64,000 nt of DNA from the NCBI GenBank assembly GCA_036785375.1, contig JAWMAR010000258.1, forward strand, positions 1,984,001 through 2,048,000, written 5' to 3'. The position numbers and the translations under genes were made by a program. The DNA comes from Leucoraja ocellata (lineage: Eukaryota). Below, piece by piece: positions 24,170 through 34,989 of this stretch. The notes below the pieces were generated by a model. The model saw nothing but the letters and a program-made list of their open reading frames with translations. It searched no databases and was not told where the DNA came from. Numbering within the stretch: position 1 is the first letter of the stretch; each line of letters opens with the position of its first letter.

Positions 24170-24765
24170 TGTGGGGGTGGGGGTGTAGGGAAGGGGGGGG
24201 GGGTGTGTGGAGATGTTGAGAAGGATGTAGGGGTGGGGATGGGGTTGTGGAGATGTGGGGAATGGGTTGGGGGAGGGGGTGGAGGTGTAGAGGTGGGGGT
24301 GTGTGGGTGTGGGTGTGGGTGTGGGTGGGGCTGGGTGTGGGGATGGGGGTGTGTGAGTGTGAGTTATGGGGGTGGGGGGGTGGGTTGTGGTGGGGGTGTG
24401 TGGGTGGGTGGGTGTGGGGATGGGGGTGTGTGAGTGTGAGTTGTGGGGGTGGAGGTGTGGGTGTGAGTTGTGGGGATGGGAGTGTGGGTGGGGGGGTGGG
24501 TGTGTGAGTTGTGGGGGTGAGGGTGTGGGTTGTGGTTGGGGTGTGGTGGGGGAGGGTGGGTGTGGGGATGGGGGGTGTGAGTGTGAGTTGTGGGGGTGGT
24601 GGGTGTGGGTGGGGCTGGGTGTGGGGGTGTGTGAGTGTGAGTTATGGGGGTGGGGCTGGGTGTGTGTGGGTGTGGGGTGGGGGTGTGTGAGTGTGGGGTT
24701 GTGTGGGGTGGGGTTGTGTGGGTGTGAGTGTGGGTTGTGGTGGGGGTGTGGGTGGGGTGGGTGGT
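24170..24765. repeat. G/T-rich low-complexity array in intron 1
   Basis: Dense GGG(T) runs. Confidence 0.9.
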
Positions 24766-24881
24766 GATAACGGGCTTTGGGAAACCTGGAGGACTGTTTC
24801 TCCAGGACTATTTTTCGATGGGGCAGGGATATGTGGATGGTACCGTGCATTGAGGGGTGGGTGGGGAAGCAGCTGACTCAC

Positions 24882-24912
24882 CGTGAAGCAGGCATCCACT
24901 CTCCCTCCGCAT
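24882..24912 (-). CDS. TIM-IgV adhesion GPCR, coding exon 1 (start of signal peptide, MRRESGCLLH)
   Basis: aggATG (A at -3) at 24912, 31 nt, strong G|GTGAGT donor, phase 1. Joins exon 2 in frame to give a basic-then-hydrophobic leader. An upstream in-frame ATG also exists at 24984. Confidence 0.7.
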
Positions 24913-25266
24913 CCTCCCCGGCGGCTCTGTCTCTGGATCACCGCGGACCTGCTGGTGGTTGAGAAGAATTTCAGCAAATCCCATCCCACGGCGATGCCCA
25001 GCGCCGACACGGCAAAGGTGACGGGGAGGGGGGGCGTCGTGGATACGGCCTTCAATGTGGCCCGGCTACACTGTGGTGGCTCTCCCGTGACTGCACGGCA
25101 CGGTGGCACAGCGGGTAGAGTCACCACCTCACAGCGCCACAGACCCGGGTTCAATCCCCACCTCAGGTGACCGTGTGGGTTTTCTCCGGGTGCTCCGGTT
25201 TCCTCCCACATCCCAAAGACGTACAAGTTTGTAGGTTAATTGGCCCCCTGTAAATTGTACCCTCGT

Positions 25267-26342
25267 AGAAACATAGAAATACAGAAATTAGGTGCAGGAG
25301 TAGGCCATTCGGCCCTTCGAGCCTGCACCGCCATTCAATATGATCATGGCTGATCATCCAACTCAGTATCCCGTACCTGCCTTCTCTCCATACCCACTGA
25401 TCCCCTTAGCCACAAGGGCCACATCTAACTCCCTCTTAAATATAGCCAATGAACTGGCCTCGACTACCCTCTGTGGCAGAGAATTCCAGAGATTCACCAC
25501 TCTCTGTGTGAAAAAAGTTCTTCTCATCTCGGTTTTAAAGGATTTCCCCCTTATCCTTAAGCTGTGACCCCTTGTCCTGGACTTCCCCAACATCGGGAAC
25601 AATCTTCCTGCATCTAGCCTGTCCAACCCTTTAAGAATTTTGTAAGTTTCTATAAGATCCCCTCTCAATCTCCTAAATTCTAGAGAGTATAAACCAAGTC
25701 TATCCAGTCTTTCTTCATAAGACAGTCCTGACATCCCAGGAATCAGTCTGGTGAACCGTCTCTGCACTCCCTCTATGGCAATAATGTCCTTCCTCAGATT
25801 TGGAGACCAAAACTGTACGCAATACTCCAGGTGTGGTCTCACCAAGACCCTGTACAACTGCAGTAGAACCTCCCTGCTCCTATACTCAAATCCTTTTGCA
25901 ATGAAAGCTAACATACCATTCGCTTTCTTTACTGCCTGCTGCACCTGCATGCCTACCTTCAATGACTGGTGTACCATGACACCCAGGTCTCGCTGCATCT
26001 CCCCCTTTCCCAATCGGCCACCATTTAGATAATAGTCTGCTTTCCCGTTTTTGCCACCAAAATGGATAACCTCACATTTATCCACATTATACTGCTTCTG
26101 CCAAACATTTGCCCACTCACCCAGCCTATCCAAGTCACCTTGTAGTCTCCTAGCATCCTCCTCATAGCTAACACTGCCCCCCAGCTTAGTGTCATCCGCA
26201 AACTTGGAGATATTGCCTTCAATTCCCTCATCCAGATCATTAATATATATTGTAAATAGCTGGAGTCCCAGCACTGAGCCTTGCGGTACCCCACTAGTTA
26301 CTGCCTGCCATTGTGAAAAGGACCCGTTTACTCCTACTCTTT
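25267..26342 (-). mobile_element. Young 5'-truncated CR1 copy inserted in a V-SINE
   Basis: Near-identical to the 3' part of the 19.6 kb copy; CTCGT on both sides; SINE halves at 25095-25266 and 26343-26460. Confidence 0.95.
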
Positions 26343-27531
26343 CTCGTGGATGAGAAAATTGGATTATATGGAATTAGTGTGAACGGGTGATCGATGGTCG
26401 GCGTGGACTCGGTGGGCCGAAGGGCCTGTTTCTGTGCTGTATCTCTAAACTAAACTAAACCAATTTTCCAGTTTTGATGAGAGATCTAATGATATATATT
26501 TAACATGCTGCACCAGAAACAGGCCCTTCGGCCCAACTTGGCCATGCTAACCGAGATGCCCTAACTATGTTTCAGAAAGAACTGCAGAGGCTGTAAAAAA
26601 TCGAAGGTAGACAAAAATGCAGGAGGAACTCAGCAGGTGAGGCAACACCTCTGCAGAAAAGGAATAGGTAACGTTTTGGGTCTGAAGCCTTCAAACTGTT
26701 GAGTAACTTAGTTTATCAGGCAGTAACTTCTACAAATATTTATAAGATTATAAGAATATAAATGAGACAGGAGCAGAATTAGGTCATTCGGCCCATCAAG
26801 TCTACTCCACCATTCAATCATGGTTGATCTATCTCTCCCTCCTCACCCCATTCTCCTGCCTTCTCCCCATAACCTCTGACACCCACACTAATCAAGACAT
26901 AGTCCTGCCTTCCCCTCCCTTCCCTCACCCACTGGCTTGGTACAATTATAAAATGTTCCCAGTGTGTGTAGGATAGTGTTAATGTACGGGGATCGCTGGT
27001 CGGCGCCGGCTCGGTGGGCCGAAAGTCCTCAAAAATATGGACTTCCCTCTGAGTGAAAAAGTTGCCTTGAAGTCCCTATTGGATCACTCCCCTCACCTTA
27101 ACCCGACACACTCTAGTTTTAGAATCCTATACCCTGGGAAAAAGAATGTTACCGTTCAATTTATTCATACCCCTCATGATCTTGTACACCTCAATAAGGT
27201 CACCACATCACCCTACACTCTAATGAACAAAGTCCCAGCCTATCCAACCTCTCCCTGTATCTCAAGCCCGCAAGTCCAGGTGCAGTAACACCCTGTTGAA
27301 TCTCGCTTGCACCCTTTCCAACTTAATGACATTTTTCCCGTAGCTGGGTGACCACAAATACACACAGCACTCTTAGAGTGGCCTCAGGGGCAATTTTTCT
27401 CTCAGAGGGTAATCTGTATCTGGAGTGAGCTGCTAGAGGCAGCTTAGATTAGTTTAATTTTGAGATACACCATGGAAATACACCCTTCAGCCCACAAAGT
27501 CCATGCCATCTAGCTATACTAACTCTGCACA

Positions 27532-28058
27532 TAGGGTTGCCAACTTTCTCACTCCCAAATAAGGGACAAAAGGTCAAAATACGGGACAAATTCCAGACGG
27601 CAATTCGTTGACTGACTCGGCCGTGGCTGTGTGAATGAGTTGGCCCGGGTGCTGGACTGCATACAAAGCCCAGCCGGCAGGTCAGCTGAGGAGCTTTGGC
27701 CCGAGCCACGCGACGTTGCGAGCAAAGTCCAGTACCCCATCCAACTCATGAACCGATGATCGGCCATGAGAAGGAGGGGTGGTGTTGTCGGCGGTAAGCA
27801 AAGGTCCGAAGGTCGGACAGCTGGCTGGGCTGCCGAGCGACGAGGACACGGTGGAGGCGCTGCTGCTGCTGCTGCACTCCATGGGCTGCACTACGTCGGG
27901 ATGGGTGAGGCGGGCCCGAACACAGCGCTCCGACCCGACAGTCCCCCCGACCCGAGTAGTAGCGGTCAAATACGGGACAGGGGCGGTCCCGTACGGTAAA
28001 ACCAATTTAGCCCAATATACGGGATGTCCCGGCTAATACGGGACAGTTGTCAATCCCA
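27532..28058. mobile_element. hAT-like MITE
   Basis: TIR TAGGGTTGCCAAC / GTTGTCAATCCCA; 8-bp TSD tctgcaca/cctgcaca; internal TACGGGACA repeats. Confidence 0.85.
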
Positions 28059-31000
28059 CCTGCACACGAACACTATCCTACATACTCGGGACAATTTACA
28101 ATAATACCGAGCCATTTTAACCTACACACCTGTACATTTTTGGGGTGGACTGAAGTTGTAGATATAATTATGACTTTCACAAGACATTTCGACAGATATA
28201 CTGTATAGTTAAACACAAAGAAACATATTCTGATCCTATTTTAATAGACTAAAGTGACCTGCTGAGTTACTCCAGCACTTTGTGTATATCTAAACCAAAC
28301 TATATTACAGTATCTATGTTTCCAGTTCTATTTTTCCTGCAAAACTGGATTGTGTCACTGCATTCCGTCATTATGTGGGAAATAAGAATGGCCCAGGTCG
28401 GCAACAGTTAACAAAGCAAGTTTACTGGATGTAGAAACCCCCAACATCAGTCTGAAGAAGTGTCTCGACCCGAAACGTCACCCATTCCTTCTCTCCAGAG
28501 ATGCTGCCTCACCGCTGAATTACTCCGGCAATTTTGACTACCTTCGATTTTTCCAGCATCTGCAGTTCTTTCTTAAACAAGGAACTGAAAATACTGGTTT
28601 ATACCAAAGATAGACCCAAAGTGCTGGAGTTGCTCATCAGGTCAGGCAGCATCTCTGGAGAACGTGGATAGGTGACGTTTCGGGTCGGGACCCTTCTTCA
28701 GACTGATCCCAATCATTCAAACCAAAACATTTACTTGTCAGTCTCACCCCATCAAAGATATTCCCTTCATTCCTCTCACCCCTCTGCCCGATTTCTTGGC
28801 TACTAACTTAGTTTCCGCCACTCCCCAGCTCAGAAGCTGGCCCTGAAACTTGAAGTGTGTGGGAAGGAACTGTAGATGCTGGTTTACACCAATGATAGGT
28901 ACAAAATGCTGGGGTAACTCAGCAGGACATGCAGCATCTCTGGAGAAAAGAAATAGGTGATGTTTCTGGTCGAGACCCATCTTCAGACACTGAAGCATGA
29001 TCTCTGTTTCTCTCTCCATGGAGTCTGCCTGACCTGCTGTGTGTTTTCACCATGTCATAGAGTGATACAGCGTGGAAATAGGCCCTTCGGCCCAACGCCC
29101 ATACCGACCAATATGCCCCATCTACACTAGTCCCACTTGCCTGCGCTTGGTCCATATCCTTCCAAACCTGTCCTATCCATGTACCTGTCTAAATATTCCT
29201 TCAACGTTACGTTAAGATAGTCCCTGTCTCAACTTCCTCCTCTGGCAGCTTGTTCCATACAGACACAACCCGTTGCATGAAAAAGTTAACCCCTCAGGTT
29301 CCTATTAAATCTTTCCCCCCCTCACCTTAAACCCATGTCCTCTGGTCCTCGATTCACCTACTCTGGGCAAGACACTCTGTGCGTCTACCCAATTTATTCC
29401 TCTCATGATTTCCTCATACACCTCTATAAGATCACCCCTCATCCTCCTGCGCTCCAAGGGATAGAGTCCCAGCCTGCTCAACCTCTCCCTATAGCTCACA
29501 CCCTCTAGTCCTGGCAACATCCTTGTAAATCTTCTCTGCACCATTTCCAGCTTGACAACATCTTTCCTGTAACACGGTGACCAGAACTGAACACAGCATT
29601 CTAAATGCGGCCTCACCAATGTCTTGTACAACTGCAACACAACCTCCCAACGTCTATGCTCAATGCCCTGATGGACAAAGGCCATTGAACCAAAAGGCTT
29701 TTTGACCACCCTATCTATTGTGATGCCACTTTCAAGGAACTATGTACCAGTAGCACGCCTGTCAAACAGTTTAAAGACTGGTCTCGACCTGAAACGTCAC
29801 CCATCCGTCTCTCGAGATGCTGCCTGTCCCGCTGAGTTACTCCAGCATTTTGTGTCTACCTGTACTACCAGTCAGTCCCCCCTGCTCGACACCCTCCCCA
29901 GAGCCCTACCGTTCACTGTGCAGCTTCTGCCCATGTTAGTGCTCTGGGTTTATGCTGGAATTTAGTTTTTAACTGTGGTCAGATCAAGAACTTCAACATC
30001 ACCGGTCGAACAAAACATTGTCACTTATTGAGCGAGTTACCTCAGTGATAACAATTGAAGCTTTATGGATGGGACACACTCCAACGAAAGAAGCTTTCAG
30101 CTTCCAGAAGCTTCCGACGACGATGTCTTCTCGTTACTTCTGCGGTGGGGTAGGAGTGCAGCTTCTAGATGCTTCTAGAATGATCGAGAAGCGGCACATA
30201 GTGTGATGGGACGATATCTCTCAAGCAAGACTGCTCTGCTGTGGAATGGTTGGAGATTCGTTCAGGTCTTGCTAGCAAAGCAGAAGTGGGCGAGAACGTT
30301 AATCTAACTAATGCATCAGGCGATAAAGGAAATGGTGATGCTCTACAAATAACACTCCAACAGGCTGACATGCAGGTTTGTTGAACTGGAAAGCAGAAAT
30401 CATGTGCTTCAAGTCTCATGTCAGCCTTGAGCCACCTCTACATCTGCAGAACTGGAGTGGAATAGAGTTATTTTAGTTTTGTTTAGTTAGAGCACAGCGT
30501 GGAAACAGGCCCTTCGGCCCACTGAGTCCATGCTGACCAGCGATCCCTGCACACTAGTTTAGATTAGAGATACAGCGTGGAAACAGGCTCTTCGGCCCAT
30601 CTAGTCCACACCGACCATCAAGCAACTTGTGCACTAGTTCTATCCTACACGCTTGGGTAATTTACAGAAATCAATTAACCTACAACCCTGAACGTCTTTA
30701 GAAACTGTAGCACATGGAGAAAACCTACGCGGTCACAGGGCGATCGAGCAAACTCCATACAGACAGCATCCTGAGTCAGGATCGAACCCAGGTCTCTGCC
30801 GCTGTGAGGTAGCAACTCTACCGCTGCGTCACCATGCCACCAACATCTCCCATTATCTCCAATCCCGAGGGAACATGAAGTAGTTGGGATGAGAGCAACA
30901 GAGGGTTACAAAGTACTGGAGTAACTCAGCGGGTCAGGCAGCATCTCTGGATTGAAGGAACAGGTGACGTTTCAGGACCGGAGCCCTCTTCAGACTGAAG

Positions 31001-33576
31001 TAGGGTTCCAGCTGATATGTGTCTACCTTCGATATAAACCAGCATCTACAGTTCTCACCCACACAAGGCGTAGAGTCGGTCTGGTTGGAGTCAAGGCATC
31101 AGGGGATGACGGACATTGTTGGAGATGCCGTCGGGTCCCCAAACAGGGGGCACAATACAGCAGGATCTAGACCCTGGCTCTAGTTGTGCAGGGGAAATGA
31201 CCAGAGGATATTCAACACAAATAAGCTGAGCAGAAGTGCGATTGTAATCTGATTTACGAAGAAAAGAGAAGTGAGTGATCGCTAGCCACAAGTCTGAAGA
31301 ATGGTCTTGGTCACATTAATACTACCAATGCTGGAGTAACTCAGCGGGACAGGCAGCAGCTGTGGTGAGAAGGAATGGGTGACGTTTCTTCTTTGGACTC
31401 GACCCCAAACGTCACCCATTCCTTCTCTGCAGAGATGCCGCCTGTCCCGCTGAGTTACTCCAGCATTTGTGTCTGTCTCTGAGGATTAAACACTATTGAC
31501 AAGAGTCAGTCAGCGAGGGCAGTGGAGGAAGTAACTGCAGATGCTGGTTTACACCGAAGATAGACACAAAATGCTGGATTAACTCAGCGGGACAGGCAGC
31601 ATCTCTGGAGAGAAGGAATGGGTGACGTTTCGGATCTTTCTACCTGTATTTCCCTGTATCTACCTCCAAACCTTTCCCAACCATGCAGTTGGGGGCTAAC
31701 GGAATCAAGGGATTATGGGGAGAAGGCAGGCACAGGTTACTGATTGTGAATGATTAGCCATGATCACAATGAATGGCAGTGCTGGCTCGAAGGGCTGAAT
31801 GGCCACGTCCTGCACCTATTTCCTATGTTTCTAAATGTTGTTACTGTATCTGCCTTAACCACTGTATCTCCTCTGGCAGTTTGTTCCACCCACTACACTT
31901 TAACTTGCTCGATTGTAATCACGTATGGTCTTTCCGCTGACTGGATAGCACCTAACAAAAGCTTTTCACTGTACCTCGGTACACATGACAATAAACTAAA
32001 CAGAACTGCAGATGCTGGTTTAAACCGAAGATAGACACAAAAAGCTAGAGTCACTAATACTACAAATGCTGGAGTAACTCAGTGGGACAGGCAGCATCTC
32101 TGGAATAATGGCTTGTTTCCTTTATCATGGTTACTCTTTTGGCATATCTTTCATTCATTTGTTCTTTATCTCTCTACATCACTGTCTATATCTCGTTTCC
32201 CTCTTCCCTGCCTCTCGATCTGAAGAAGGGTCTTCACCTGATCTCATCCCCTCATGATTTTATACGCCTCTATAAGATCACCACTCATCCTCCTGCGCTC
32301 CAAGGAATAGATTCCCAGCCTGCTCAACCTCTCCATGTAGCTCAGACCCTAGAGTCCTGGCAACACTGAGCTATAGGGAGAGGTTGAGTAGACTGGATCT
32401 CTATTTCTTGGAGCGCAGGAAGATGAGGGGAGATCTTATAGAGGTGTATAAAATCATGAGAGGAATAGATCGGGTAGATGCACAGAATCTCTTGCCCAGC
32501 ATAAGGGAATCGAGGACCAGAGGACATAGGTTTAAGGTGAAGGGGAAGCGATTTAATAGGAATCCGAGGGGTAACTTTTTCAGAGGGGGGTGGGTATATG
32601 GAACGAGCTGCCAGAGGAGGTAGTTGAGGCTGGGACTATCCAAATGTTTAATAAAGAGGGACATGGATAGGACAGGTTTTGAGGGATATGGACCAAGCTC
32701 GAGCAGGTGGGACTAGTGTAGCAGGGACATGTTGGCCAATGTGGGCAAGTTGGGCCAAAGGGCCTGTTTCCACGCTGTATCACTCTATGACTCTGTGACA
32801 TCCTCGTGAATCTTCTCGGCACTCATCCGGGGCCCCAAAAATGGCAATCAATGGACAGGGCTGTAGAGGTGTTCCCATTACGGTAGACATTATATTAAAG
32901 TAGCTGGCCCAAAAATTATGTTATCGTACACAAAGGAAAAACATATGGCTCAGATGACAGTGTGGGCCCAAACATGTATCTCATTTAACCCCCACCTCTG
33001 GATAAATCCCGGACAGTCCTGATTTAGTGTTTGTAATTCTTTTATATTTAGTGTTTGGGGTACTTAAGATATACACTTAAGATATTTAATTTTATTCTTT
33101 GTATGTAAAACTTTGGAAACTATGTAGTTTGTGATAAGCCATCTGTGGTCTATATGTGAAGTGTGTTTTGTTTGAATTAGGATTAGAAACCTTAGACTCT
33201 GCGCTCAGATTCACAAAGATAGCATTCTTCCCCCATAATGGGAACGATATGTTTTGTGTATATAAATTGTGTGACCTCTGTATCATTTGTACTTCTTATA
33301 TTTTGAAAATTGGTCTCTGACAACTGAGACCAATTTTCTTTGGCTTCACTCTGTTAAAATGAAACAGTCCTGGGTAATTAAGTCGTCAGTGCCAAAAGTT
33401 GCATATAAATTAATTAATTAAACTAATTAGAAAATGAGATCGGGAAAATAAGCGCCATCTAGTGGCCAATACTCATATTACACCATGGGCAGCCTATTTC
33501 CGTGTTGCAGTCCATTTAAATTATATATATATGACTTGTAAATATTACTGTAATCATATATAATTAAGTATAATTA

Positions 33577-34682
33577 TCTATATTACTAAAAGTCTGATCT
33601 TGACCACTTCCTGTTGTTCTGTATATTGATTTTAGAAAAAACGCTGCCACTTACGGCTGTGATATTCGGCCATCTTACTCAGAGTCCCACTCTGCTGCGC
33701 AGGACAAGAGGATGTTTCCCATCGATGAAAAATAAAAGAGTTATTAGTGTTTAAAAAATGTTGAGATTCTCTCTCCTGAAGTCCACGCCCCTTCCGGAGG
33801 GACTGTAAAATCCAGAAGTGTTGAGTGCCTCAGTCAGTCTCTTCAAGATGGGGGAGCAAGAGGGTCACATCTCTCAGTCTGAGCTGTGAATAACACTGAA
33901 CACATGTCTACTAAACTGTAAGTGGTTTTACTGACCTGTCAGTTCCCTTAATGTGGTTTGAAAATATAGTATGGAAATGCTAAAGCTGTGTTGCCTTTGG
34001 TTAGGAAATGCTATAGCTGTGTTGCCTGATTAAAGTTGCCTTGCCTAATTAAAGTTGCCTTGCCTTCTATATAATTAAAAGTCTAATCTTGACCACTTCC
34101 TGTTTGCGCTTTATATTGATTTTAGAAAAAACGCTACCACATACGGCTGTGAATTGTGGCTATCTTATTCAGAGTCCCCCTCTGCTCATCAGGTGCCGAG
34201 GATTTTTCCCATTGATGAAAAATAAAAGTTATTAATGTTTTAAAAATGTTGAGATTCTCTCTCCTGTCAATCACGCCATGAAGCCATGCCCCTTCTGGTG
34301 GGAGGGCGGGAGGGACTATAAAACCCAGAAGTGTGGGCATGGCTCAGCCTCTGCAAGATGGAGGAGGGAGAGGTCACGACTCGCTGTCTTTAGTGGCCCT
34401 GCATCCTGCTTGAAATGGAATTTCAAGGAATAGCCGCGAGTCAACTGCCAGCCCACCAGCTGCGAGTGAGTGGGCTGCCAGCACAACAGGTGCTGAGTGA
34501 CTGAGCCGACAGCCCAAGAATCCATTTTGGCCCACAATGTCCATACTAGCCCTCTGGAAACCAGTCCCTTCAGCCCACATCACCCATACTAGCGTTCCAG
34601 AAAGCCCCCTCCCTCCCCATTGGCCATCAATATTGGAATTGGTGGAGAGGTGGAATATTGCGTTGGGTCCCACTTAGTCTAG
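33577..34682 (+). mobile_element. Non-autonomous Helitron
   Basis: A|TCTATATTACTAAAAG...CACTTAGTCTAG|T: TC start, CTAG end, AT target, no TSD; second 5' end at 34066. Confidence 0.85.
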
Positions 34683-34989
34683 TATTATATAAAAATAATA
34701 TGATGAATATAATTGTGAGTGTTTTTTAATGACACTCGCAGAGTCCCTGCTCCTGAACCAGCCTAATTAATGGGTGAGGGCTGTTCTTGCTCCCTTTACT
34801 GACCCCACTGACCACCAGTGTGCAGAGTGGGGGTCACGGCCATAGTGGGACTGGGGCAGTGCCAGGCTGGGTGACAGACCTGTCTTATTTCTGATGTAAA
34901 TGTCACATCCTGACCAAGAATCGAATGCTCTGATGTTTACTTGATTAGTATTCATTTTAAGCTACAATTAGCCTATGTTAGAGACATTA

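Noticed and set aside
24152-24850. His/Pro/Thr-rich and Gly/Val-rich long ORFs
   Set aside because: Low-complexity G/T array with no splice or codon evidence.
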